Assembly: GCA_040754655.1 (NCBI GenBank)
Contig: JBFMCE010000080.1
Span: 1 to 18,399, forward strand
Direction: 5' to 3'
DNA length: 18,399 nt
Source: Bdellovibrionota bacterium
GTDB taxonomy: Bacteria > Bdellovibrionota > UBA1018 > UBA923
Translations under genes and position numbers: made by a program
The notes under the pieces: generated by a model
Databases searched by the model: none
What the model saw: the letters and a program-made list of their open reading frames with translations, nothing else
What the model was told of the DNA's origin: nothing
Shown here: positions 8,444-16,641 of the stretch, in pieces
Numbering within the stretch: the first letter of the stretch is position 1
How the letters are laid out: each line of letters begins with the position of its first letter

Positions 8444-9900
8444 ACGAAGTCTTTTCACACCGCTTGTGGATTGCAGGAGCTTGGCAGGGTTCTGCCGAGG
8501 GGCGCGAAGTGCGATCGCCCTTTGATGGTTCGACCGTGAGCAGGGTCGATCAGGCTTCAAAAGAACAAATGAAGCTAGCTCTTGATGCCGCGGTAGAGGC
8601 TGCAAAAGTCCTTCGCAAGACGAGCAGGTATTTGAGGGCGCAACTCTTGAGCGGCATCGCGGAAGAGATTTCCTTTCGCAGGGAAGAGTTCGTGAAATTG
8701 ATTTCACGTGAAAGCGGAAAACCTGTGACTCTTGCTGATGTCGAGGTTGGTCGCGCGTTGGTGACCTTCGCTACAGCGGCCGAAGAGGCAAAACGTTTCG
8801 GAGGAGAAGTCATTCCAGTCGACGTGGATGTCGCGGGCAGGCCCTATTTGCCCGCTCTCTCGTATTGGGTTCCTCGCGGCCCTGTTTTAGGAATCACGCC
8901 CTTTAACTTTCCGCTCAACCTCGTGGCCCATAAGGTGGCGCCCGCTTTGGCTTCGGGAAATTCAATCGTGATAAAGCCTGCGCCGCAGGCACCAGGGGCG
9001 GCGGTGCTCTTGGCTCAGGTGTTTGAGAAAGTGGCGAAGAAAATTGGCGATTCGCGTGAGAAAATCCCTCTGGCAGGTTTGCAGGTGGTTTCGTGTTCGA
9101 ACGACGTGGCGGCCGCAGCCGTGACCGATCCCCGTATTACGACGCTCAGTTTCACTGGCAGCACATCGGTGGGATGGATGCTGCAGTCTAAGGCTGTGGG
9201 CAAGCGAGTGTTGCTTGAGCTTGGAGGGAATGCCGCGGTGATCGTGCACAGTGACGCTGATCTTGAAAGAGCGGCATCGCGCTCAGCGGCGGGTGGACAT
9301 GGTTATGCAGGCCAGTCTTGCATCTCGGTTCAGAGAATTTATGTGCACGAGTCGTGTGCAGAACGTTTTATAGAGCTCTTGATCAAAGAGACCTCAAAAC
9401 TTGGAGTTGGAGATCCAGCGGCAAAAGATGTGGTGGTGGGGCCTCTGATCGACGCTGCGGCAGCAGACCGGGTGATGGAGTGGATCGCCGAAGCCAAGAA
9501 AAGTGGCGCGAAGGTGCTCACGGGCGGAACTCGCGAGAAGAACGTCATTGCTCCCACGGTACTTTCAAACGTGAGCCCATCGTCGAAAGTGGTTTGCGAA
9601 GAAGTTTTTGGACCGGTAGTAGTGGTTGAGACCTATCGTGAGTTTTCCGAGGCGATAGAAAAAGTGAATGACTCCCGTTTTGGTTTACAAGCTGGTGTTT
9701 TTACCGACAGCCAGAAGTTGATGCGAGAAGCGGTGGAGAAACTTGATGTCGGCGGAATTCTTTTGAATGAAATCCCTACGTATCGAGCCGATCCGATGCC
9801 GTATGGCGGGGTGAAAGAGTCAGGACTTGGCAGGGAAGGGTTGCGCTATGCGATGGAAGAGTTCAGTGAGCGCCGAACCGTTGTGCAGTGGATAGGTTGA
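8440..9900 (+). CDS. Aldehyde dehydrogenase family protein (lactaldehyde-DH/GAPN-like subgroup; possibly a semialdehyde dehydrogenase)
   Basis: Motifs ITPFNFPLNLVAHKVAPA, FTGS, LELGGNA, GQSCIS, EEVFGP and MPYGGVKESG. It overlaps gabT by ATGA, indicating translational coupling. Confidence 0.93.
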   Translation: MNEVFSHRLWIAGAWQGSAEGREVRSPFDGSTVSRVDQASKEQMKLALDAAVEAAKVLRKTSRYLRAQLLSGIAEEISFRREEFVKLISRESGKPVTLADVEVGRALVTFATAAEEAKRFGGEVIPVDVDVAGRPYLPALSYWVPRGPVLGITPFNFPLNLVAHKVAPALASGNSIVIKPAPQAPGAAVLLAQVFEKVAKKIGDSREKIPLAGLQVVSCSNDVAAAAVTDPRITTLSFTGSTSVGWMLQSKAVGKRVLLELGGNAAVIVHSDADLERAASRSAAGGHGYAGQSCISVQRIYVHESCAERFIELLIKETSKLGVGDPAAKDVVVGPLIDAAAADRVMEWIAEAKKSGAKVLTGGTREKNVIAPTVLSNVSPSSKVVCEEVFGPVVVVETYREFSEAIEKVNDSRFGLQAGVFTDSQKLMREAVEKLDVGGILLNEIPTYRADPMPYGGVKESGLGREGLRYAMEEFSERRTVVQWIG

Positions 9901-9952
9901 GCGCAGACGCGGTGCTGAGGCTCGCCATTGAAGAGGGCGGGAGGATTTTGAA

Positions 9953-11176
9953 TTGAGCTCTGGTAAAACAAGGTTTAGATGGATCGTTGGGCTTGTTCTG
10001 CTGGCGTTATGGATGGGTTCGTGCGCGCGGGCGCCGCTAAAAGGGCCTGAGAACTCGCTTCTTCGCGCCGATGCCCCTGAGCTCAGTGATGACCTGCCTC
10101 TAGAGCAGCTTTTTTCGGCGATCACAGAACAGGTTCAATTTTTAGAGAAATCCCCTCGTGACTCAAACTTTGTGTTCGGAGAAGAGACTTTTACCAAGCA
10201 AGAGTACCTGGCGGGGCTAAGACGTTTTTTAGAGCTTGGAAAGAAGCACTCTGGCGAAGAATTTTTCGATCAGGTTCGAGATGAATTTGATTTCTACGAA
10301 GTTTATGGTGATCCTAGCCCCGGCGACGTTTTTATCACTTCATACTTCGAACCTGTGATTCCGGGGGCGCTGAAGAAAACCGACCAGTTCTCGCAACCCC
10401 TGTATGGGGCGCCAAATGATATCTTGAGGCTTGATCTCGAGCGTTTTGATGAGAAGTTCGCAGATGAGCGCAAAAGGCGCGCCAGGGTCGTGGGAAATGA
10501 TGTTTATCCCTATTATTCACGTGAAGAGATCGACTCTGGTGGCGCGCTCTCTGGCAAGAAGCTTGAATTGTGTTGGGTCGATCCGATTGATGCCTTTTTC
10601 TTGCAGGTTCAAGGCTCCGGAACAGTGGAGCTGTCTGGCGGGAAGAGCTTGCGGCTGATCTATGCCGAGAAGAACGGGCACCAATACCATTCGATCGGAA
10701 AGTTTTTGAAAGAGAAGATCCCTGCGGATCAACTCACCCTGCATTCGATCGAGCGCTACCTCAGGGGCTTACCCGTCGCGGAAATGCGCAAAATCCTTTA
10801 TCAGAACCCGAGTTATGTTTTCTTTCACCTTCTTGAGGGAGATGCAAAAGGCGCTCTGACCTATCTTGGCGTTCCAGCCACGGCAGGCCGAACGATTGCC
10901 ACAGATCCAAAGTACTTTCCAAAGGGCGCTTTGGCCTTCTTGGTCTCGACGAAACCAAAGTTTGACTCGATCGAGAGCACGACTCCATCGAGCTGGGAGC
11001 CGCTTGCGCGTTTTGTGCTCGATCAAGACATTGGCGGCGCCATAGTGGGAGGTGGCAGGGTAGATCTGTTTTGGGGCAGGGGCGCTGAAGCCAAACAATA
11101 CGCTGGCGTGATGAAGCAGTCGGGGAAACTGTATTACCTGGCGCCGAAGAAGAGAGAAAATATGGAGCAGCATTAG
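9953..11176 (+). CDS. mltA: Membrane-bound lytic murein transglycosylase A (lipoprotein)
   Basis: GGAGG followed by a TTG start, and lipobox-like LWMGSC. Motifs TSYFEP, FFLQVQGSG, NPSYVFF, IATDPKYFPKG and the 3D-domain DQDIGGAIVGGGRVDLFWG. Confidence 0.93.
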   Translation: MSSGKTRFRWIVGLVLLALWMGSCARAPLKGPENSLLRADAPELSDDLPLEQLFSAITEQVQFLEKSPRDSNFVFGEETFTKQEYLAGLRRFLELGKKHSGEEFFDQVRDEFDFYEVYGDPSPGDVFITSYFEPVIPGALKKTDQFSQPLYGAPNDILRLDLERFDEKFADERKRRARVVGNDVYPYYSREEIDSGGALSGKKLELCWVDPIDAFFLQVQGSGTVELSGGKSLRLIYAEKNGHQYHSIGKFLKEKIPADQLTLHSIERYLRGLPVAEMRKILYQNPSYVFFHLLEGDAKGALTYLGVPATAGRTIATDPKYFPKGALAFLVSTKPKFDSIESTTPSSWEPLARFVLDQDIGGAIVGGGRVDLFWGRGAEAKQYAGVMKQSGKLYYLAPKKRENMEQH

Positions 11177-11300
11177 CCCTGCGCCGGTCTTTTTTTACAA
11201 AATATTCCTCGCCCGAAACCAAAGCCGTCTACTTACTAGCCGCAGGATTAGGTTGCGCATATAACAGAATTTTTAATCAAGACTAGAGGTGAGTTCATTC

Positions 11301-11738
11301 ATGCCATCGAAACCCAAACGACACACGATTCATAAGAACTACCAAGCGCCAGATTGGTATGGCACGTGGCTGGGTTATAAGATTTCAAAGTTTGACCGTA
11401 AGAACAAGAAAGCCATCGTGACCTTGACCTTGCGAGAAGACCATCTCTCGCCCGCGGGCAGGGTGCACGGGGGCGTGGTCTCGGGGTTTTTAGACTTTGC
11501 ATGTGGTGCTGCGGTCTTTGCTACTATGGGTGACGAGGAGTATTGCTCTACGGTTGAGTTGAAGGTGAATTACTTTCGGCCGCTGTTTTCAGGCGATAAA
11601 CTCAACGCGGTGGCTACGGTCGTGTTTCGTGGGAACAGGCTTTGCGTGAGCCATGCCTTCTTGTACCGTGGGCGCGAAAAAGCGCCTGTCGCCATGGCTA
11701 CAGCGACGTTTAATATTATCTCTAAGACCGTTCGGTAG
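11301..11738 (+). CDS. PaaI-family hotdog-fold thioesterase
   Basis: Motifs HLSPAGRVHGGVVSGFLD, TVELKVNYFRP and VAMATATF. GAGGTG upstream favours the ATG at 11301 over the GTG at 11289. Confidence 0.88.
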   Translation: MPSKPKRHTIHKNYQAPDWYGTWLGYKISKFDRKNKKAIVTLTLREDHLSPAGRVHGGVVSGFLDFACGAAVFATMGDEEYCSTVELKVNYFRPLFSGDKLNAVATVVFRGNRLCVSHAFLYRGREKAPVAMATATFNIISKTVR

Positions 11739-11760
11739 GTGAGTTTAAACCTACTGCGGT
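11727..11760. terminator. Stem-loop at the thioesterase stop, between convergent genes
   Basis: ACCG..CGGTAGGT-gagtttaa-ACCTACTG-CGGT. There is no clear U-tract, so a terminator role is tentative. Confidence 0.4.
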
Positions 11761-11762
11761 TA

Positions 11763-11887
11763 GGCTCTGTTTAAAAGCTAGCATCTGCTTCGTTGCGCGG
11801 TTGCTCAGCTCCTTACATACTTTCGTGTATGCCCCGGTGCTCGCTTCCCTCACGCCTCCTCCCATCTATTACCTTTTTGACAGAGCC
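11763..11887. mobile_element. 125-bp MITE-like element
   Basis: Terminal inverted repeats GGCTCTGTTTAAAAG / CTTTTTGACAGAGCC (13 of 15 match). Central hairpin CATAC-tttcgt-GTATG (11816-11831). Non-coding and located between convergent genes. No clear target-site duplication. Confidence 0.65.
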
Positions 11888-11893
11888 CTGCAG

Positions 11894-13399
11894 TTACGGA
11901 GAGCTTGGTTCAAGCTCTGGAGAATCAACCCTCGTCGGCGCAGTAGTTTGCGCAGCCTCTTCAAAATGCGCTGCAAGTGCGATTTTGGGGCCTTGGAATC
12001 GAGAACGAACGCGCAGAGCCCAGGCTGCGATTAGGCTTAAAGTCAAACCACCAATCACCACTCCGGCCTGATCATTGGGAGGCAGCACAAAAACAGTGGT
12101 GATGAAACAGATCCAAACCAACGCGACAAACGAAACAGGTGTGCTGAACCTGCCAAGGTTCCAAGGTCCCTTGACCTGATTCTTCTTAGAGAGTTTTGCA
12201 TAAAGTCCCGCGGCGATTGGAAGTCCGTAAGAAATATACAGGGCAATTGTCGCGATCGATACCACAGCGCTATAAGCTTTGACCGAAAGCGCGAGCAAGA
12301 GCGCGATTGCGACAAGGGTCCAGATCGCAACAGCCGGTGTGCGGTGTTTTTGGCTGACGCTTGCAAGACTCTTCGAGTAGGGCAGTCCGCCGTCGCGCGC
12401 AAAAGCGTAGACCATGCGAGAGGCAGAGGTGAGCGCTGAAAGCCCGCAAAGCCACATGGCAATCAGAACCAGACCCACAATGGTATTGCCGAGGGCGGGC
12501 CCGAGCGCAAGACGCAGTACTTCAGTGAATGCGCCTTCTCCAAACGCCGTAGCTTGCGCAAGATCAGGAATGGAAAGCGTGATCGCCGAGAGCATCGCTG
12601 AACCAAAAACAATCGAGACCGCCACTGCGAGAAAGATTCCCCAAGGAGCGCGGCGTCTGGGATCAATCGTCTCCTCGCTCACATGCGCTGAAGCGTCGTA
12701 TCCGGTGAGCGTCCACTGGGCGAGCAAGAGTCCTAAGAGAAAACTATAAGGGTATGAAAAACCGTCGGTATTGTTCTGGGTCACAAGAAAACTCACGGGC
12801 TGAGTGAAGCCTTTTACGACAAGTGCCCCGATCAGAAGAAAGACCACCCCAACGTGATACCATGCCGAAAAATCATTTAGCCTTGCCACAATTCGAATGC
12901 CCAGATGGTTCAAGACCGCGTGTGAGAAAAGCAGAACCGCGTACAAACCCGTCGTTATGGCCGTATTCTCAGGCAGGCCAAGAAATCCTCGAAGCAAAAG
13001 AGCCAGGCCAAAGTCAATGCCCGCCAAGATTGCGAATTGGCCCATCGTATTGAAACACGCCGTGAACCAACCCAAGGTTCTACCGCCGAGAATGGCGCTC
13101 CAGTGGTAGAGAGCTCCTGCAGTTGGATAGGCGCTCGCGAGTTCCGCCATCGAAAGAGCCACGGCTAGCGTGAAGAAAGATACGATCCACCAACCCACGG
13201 TCAGAACAAATGGGCCTCCGTGTTGCAGGCCATAACCATAGAGTTGAATCGCCCCGGTCAGGATCGAAATGATCGAGAAGCTGATCGCAAAATTCGAAAA
13301 GCCCCCCATATTCCTCAAAAGCTCTTGAGCATAGCCCAGGTGTTTGAGGTCGTTCGCATCTTTGCTAGCCTGTAGTGTACTCAGGTCGTTTTGATCCAT
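11894..13399 (-). CDS. APC-superfamily amino acid/polyamine (GABA/putrescine-like) permease
   Basis: About 12 hydrophobic segments. Motifs LGYAQELLR..FSNFAISFSIISILTG, MAELASAYPTAGALYHW, GYDASAHVSEET and SRMVYAFARDGGLP. The start is taken as MDQND (13399); the alternative is 13423. Confidence 0.93.
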   Translation of the reverse strand: MDQNDLSTLQASKDANDLKHLGYAQELLRNMGGFSNFAISFSIISILTGAIQLYGYGLQHGGPFVLTVGWWIVSFFTLAVALSMAELASAYPTAGALYHWSAILGGRTLGWFTACFNTMGQFAILAGIDFGLALLLRGFLGLPENTAITTGLYAVLLFSHAVLNHLGIRIVARLNDFSAWYHVGVVFLLIGALVVKGFTQPVSFLVTQNNTDGFSYPYSFLLGLLLAQWTLTGYDASAHVSEETIDPRRRAPWGIFLAVAVSIVFGSAMLSAITLSIPDLAQATAFGEGAFTEVLRLALGPALGNTIVGLVLIAMWLCGLSALTSASRMVYAFARDGGLPYSKSLASVSQKHRTPAVAIWTLVAIALLLALSVKAYSAVVSIATIALYISYGLPIAAGLYAKLSKKNQVKGPWNLGRFSTPVSFVALVWICFITTVFVLPPNDQAGVVIGGLTLSLIAAWALRVRSRFQGPKIALAAHFEEAAQTTAPTRVDSPELEPSSP

Positions 13400-13403
13400 T
13401 GGT

Positions 13404-14708
13404 TTATGGGCATCCTTCAGCAAAACAATTTACCTCGTCGTAGTTGAGTGGTTTTGGTTCAGAGCCTGGAATGGCGTCAAATCTCCAGTAAAAGTTCACG
13501 AAGAAATTCCATCCTGGCCTCTGCTCAAGTTCGAATTCATCGATGTGAGCGGCGTTCGAGATGAAATTATGGTCAGCGCCCACCGAGATTCCTAAACGCT
13601 CGTTGATGCGATATCCCACCTCGGCGCCTAATGCGAAAAGGCGATTGTCATGAAAGTCAGTTTCAAAATTCGCTCTGCCTGCGATGATGACACGATTATC
13701 CAGAATCACCCCGAGTTTTCCTTTTTGCCCGAGAGAGCCCCAAAACCTGGCATTTTCTTTTTCGAGAACGCGAAACCCTAGGCGAAAGGTGTAGTTCGCA
13801 AAGGTACGCACAAGATCTGACTTGTTGCTGAAAGGTTCTAGACCCAAAGTGCCGCCAAGCACATCGATGTCTCCGCGCCAGGCAAGCCCTAGTTCAGGAT
13901 CATTGCGCACCGCCGCGCGTGCCTTAAGGCCCTCAATGACGATCGGATAGGTGTTGCTGTTGAAATCAAGCGTGAAGACTGTCAGCTCAGCGCGAGCAAC
14001 GCCCACGGCTTCAGTCGAGCCACTTCCGCCGGGGCCTTTGAGTGCGGCGGCCATATAGAGTCTTGAGCGCATCCAGTAGACCGGAAAAGCATAGAGGGCG
14101 GATCCTTTGACGCCCGGGAGTTGTTTCCAAACGCTGACTACGAAAGGCATGCCTAGACGAAAATTGTTTCCTGATTGAATCGACTTCCCAGATTCGATGC
14201 TCGTGGCGTCTTCCCTTAAAAGAAATTCTCCGCGTTCGATTCGCTGTCGGATCGCTGTGATTTCAGCCACGAGAAGTTTTCTGGCGTCAAAGAGTTTTTC
14301 ATCGGCATTTTCTAAGGTGACGCCATCAAGCTCAACAATTTGTTTTACATAACCATCGTTGTCGGTGACCGAGAGCCTGAAGTTTGAGTCGTTTGGAGTG
14401 TCTCCATCGGTGATGGTGATTTCTTTGAACGTGACATTGGTCTCGTCCCCTAGAGAGATTTCAAAATCGACAAGCTTTTCTTGAAGCGTCTCTAGGATTT
14501 TTTGTGGATCTTGTGGTGCTGAAGGAGCAGTGCCTGTCTGCGTGGCTTGGGGCCCGGCCGGTGCAGAGCCGTTCCGCGCATCTCGTGATTTGGTGGATGG
14601 GCTAGCCGGTTGCGTATTTTGTACGCCGTTAGGCGTGTCGGCTAACGTGAAATTTGCACCAAAAATAAGCGCAGAAAAGACAGCGGCCATTGCTGAAAAG
14701 AACTTCAT
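13404..14708 (-). CDS. Hypothetical exported protein with a probable C-terminal outer-membrane beta-barrel
   Basis: RBS GAGGGGG, a signal peptide and a P/A/Q/T-rich linker. The C-terminal half has amphipathic strands (FALGAEVGYRINERLGISVGA, WNFFVNFYWRF). Confidence 0.7.
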   Translation of the reverse strand: MKFFSAMAAVFSALIFGANFTLADTPNGVQNTQPASPSTKSRDARNGSAPAGPQATQTGTAPSAPQDPQKILETLQEKLVDFEISLGDETNVTFKEITITDGDTPNDSNFRLSVTDNDGYVKQIVELDGVTLENADEKLFDARKLLVAEITAIRQRIERGEFLLREDATSIESGKSIQSGNNFRLGMPFVVSVWKQLPGVKGSALYAFPVYWMRSRLYMAAALKGPGGSGSTEAVGVARAELTVFTLDFNSNTYPIVIEGLKARAAVRNDPELGLAWRGDIDVLGGTLGLEPFSNKSDLVRTFANYTFRLGFRVLEKENARFWGSLGQKGKLGVILDNRVIIAGRANFETDFHDNRLFALGAEVGYRINERLGISVGADHNFISNAAHIDEFELEQRPGWNFFVNFYWRFDAIPGSEPKPLNYDEVNCFAEGCP

Positions 14709-14746
14709 TTATCCCCCTCACCCCAGTGGGTCTAATATTGCGGCGC

Positions 14747-14775
14747 AACATATGGTTGAGGACAAAGGATGTCAA
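14747..14775 (-). promoter_or_regulatory. Sigma70-like promoter for the 14708 gene and permease
   Basis: On the minus strand: TTGACA (14775-14770) - 17 bp - TATGTT (14752-14747). Confidence 0.6.
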
Positions 14776-14797
14776 GAGTGAGGGTTAAAGATCGCGG

Positions 14798-15091
14798 TCA
14801 CTTAGATGTGCAGCAGTAAGTGATGACTTTGCGGCCTCGGTCGCCATGGGCGACGTCATCGTAATACATCGTGAACGGAAGTTTAGTATCGCACCATTTC
14901 CCGATGAATTCTTGAAGTTTGTCTGAATCGACAGGGTCATTTACTTTGCTACAAAAAAACTCCCCCGACTTTGCTGCGGGCTTTCGTTCTGGGTTGGCTT
15001 TTTGCGCGCCCTCTTTCGCGTTCACACTCCAGAGGGTGATGTAAGCGACAGCAGCAAGAATGGCCACAAATCCAAGTTTTCTAGGGCTCAT
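14798..15091 (-). CDS. Small exported protein with four Cys (97 aa)
   Basis: RBS GGAGGAG and a hydrophobic N-terminus ending SVNA. Cys pattern FFC...KWC...YCC. Confidence 0.75.
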   Translation of the reverse strand: MSPRKLGFVAILAAVAYITLWSVNAKEGAQKANPERKPAAKSGEFFCSKVNDPVDSDKLQEFIGKWCDTKLPFTMYYDDVAHGDRGRKVITYCCTSK

Positions 15092-15808
15092 TTCAAAACT
15101 CCTCCGTGTAACGAGCGCAGTCCTTTGCGGTTAGGTTAGAGGCTAGCCAAAGAGCAAAATATGTTTGTCTTTGTCGTTCATTCAGCGCGACCTGATCTCT
15201 GCTTTTTCGGTCTAAGACAGAGCCATTGCTCTAGATTAGTTTACCCTCGTTTCTGAAAAGTGGTCAATTTTAAAGCTTTTGCGAGCTCTTCGGTGCGAGG
15301 AAAAAATTGCTGTGGGTGAATCTTCTTTGGAAAAGCGCCGTAGTTTCTGCCTCTCAGCAGATTCTTTCAATCATCAGATTCAAATAGTCCTAGAGCCTGC
15401 ATCAAGTGATGAGCGTGAACCATTTGCGCACACTTTTGGCAGAGGGTAAATGCTAAACCTGTTGCTAAAGCGGAGTTTGTTTAACCCGTGCATGCTTCCA
15501 GCTGGATTGAAGTGCCAAGTTTTTTAGGCACTGCTCTCACCACGTCTGCTTCTGACGGAATGAAGGCCTAAGTTTTTTCTAAAGACAAGAATTGTTCTGT
15601 GGATGATTTTCTTGGCGGAGTTTAGATGCAAATTTTTCATGGAATTTTGTCTGGGTATTTTTTCCGCAAGGCATATCGTCAAAAGCTTCGTGCAGCGTTT
15701 TCGGTAGCTTTTATACCATCGTTCACATATGTCAGACCTCGAACAAAAGAGCACCACCAAGACCTGAGTGCTCATCAACCGGTCGGCACATATGAGTAAG
15801 CCCCTCGC

Positions 15809-16482
15809 ATGAAGCAACTGAAGCTGCTCAAAAATCAAAAGAGCGCCTATGGCGGTGAGTTGATGAAAACCCGTAAAGGCAGACAGGGTTCTCGTCCCTT
15901 GGCGACAAGAGAGAGCATGCACCTGGTGCTGCGCTCCTCAAAAGCTACCAAAGAGTGGTCGTTTACCCGCCCTAAACATGCAGCAAAGATCAAAGAGCTT
16001 AGCTCAAAGTTTGCGGCAAAATACGGTGTGAAGATCTATTCAGTAGCCAATGTCGGAAACCATCTGCACTTTCATCTAAAACTCAGCAATCGATTTACCT
16101 ATAAGCCTTTTATTCGAGCCCTGACCTCAGTCATTGCGATGGCTGTGACAGGAACGAGCAGGTGGAAAAGGCCTGTGAAAGCTGCAAGAGCAGTGACAGG
16201 GATCAATGGCAGTTCAATGACAAAAGCCCAGCCTAAGGCAGCAGCAAAGCCAGAGCTAAAAGGCCAGCGACTGATGCTGAATCCACCGCGCAGGTTTCTC
16301 CTCAAAGACAGAAACTAAAGTTCTGGGATTATCGGCCATATACGAGAATCGTGCAGAGCTTTCAGGCGCTGCTAAATCTCAGAGACTACATCCGCATCAA
16401 CACGCTTGAAGGTCATGGCTACAAAAAAAACCAAGCAAGATCCCTCCTTGCCTGGAATCGCGCAGCAAAAGGGTTTGGGTGA
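15809..16482 (+). pseudogene. RAYT/TnpA(REP)-like Y1 HUH transposase split by a -1 frameshift (pseudogene, programmed frameshift or sequence error)
   Basis: Frame 2 gives RPL...MHLVLRS...ANVGNHLHF (HUH at 16061-16069)...FIRALTSVIA and stops at 16318. Frame 1 is open from 16237 to 16482 and gives ...QKLKFWDYRPYTRIV...LRDYIRINTLEGHG...FG*, with the putative catalytic Tyr at 16387-16389. The joined product is ~224 aa. Confidence 0.85.
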
Positions 16483-16564
16483 GTGTAGAAAAGTGATCCC
16501 ACGCTGAGTGCAGGATCGTTTTAAAAACAACACAATATATAAACTAATTTTATTAACAAACTCA

Positions 16565-16593
16565 TTGACTAAATATCCGATCCGCAATAAGTT
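16565..16593 (+). promoter_or_regulatory. Sigma70-like promoter with an AT-rich upstream element
   Basis: TTGACT - 17 bp - TAAGTT, preceded by an A/T-rich tract at about 16519-16560. Confidence 0.45.
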
Positions 16594-16641
16594 ACTGCAG
16601 CCTCCTGATAGATTCAGAGCCCTATTTAAGAGAACCGCTTT

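Noticed and set aside
11735..11754. GTAG...CTAC as a canonical REP doublet
   Set aside because: It is a single short copy overlapping a stop codon and far from either transposase, and is better explained as a 3' stem-loop.
4101..13109. Many short ORFs nested in or antisense to the large genes (also 27..407, 398..661, 11793..12071 and 14530..14781)
   Set aside because: These are shadow ORFs of well-supported genes or of the MITE-like element.
15092..15808. c-di-GMP-type riboswitch or tRNA in the long intergenic region
   Set aside because: GGTAAAC and GCTAAAC fragments occur, but not the conserved GAAA-loop/GACGCAAAGC core or a cloverleaf.
15524..15922. 132-aa minus-strand ORF
   Set aside because: It overlaps the transposase 5' end antisense and has no RBS or recognisable motif.
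1..16482. Composite transposon formed by the two Y1 genes
   Set aside because: The two genes are highly divergent, no shared end sequences are visible, and the cargo looks like ordinary chromosomal metabolism.
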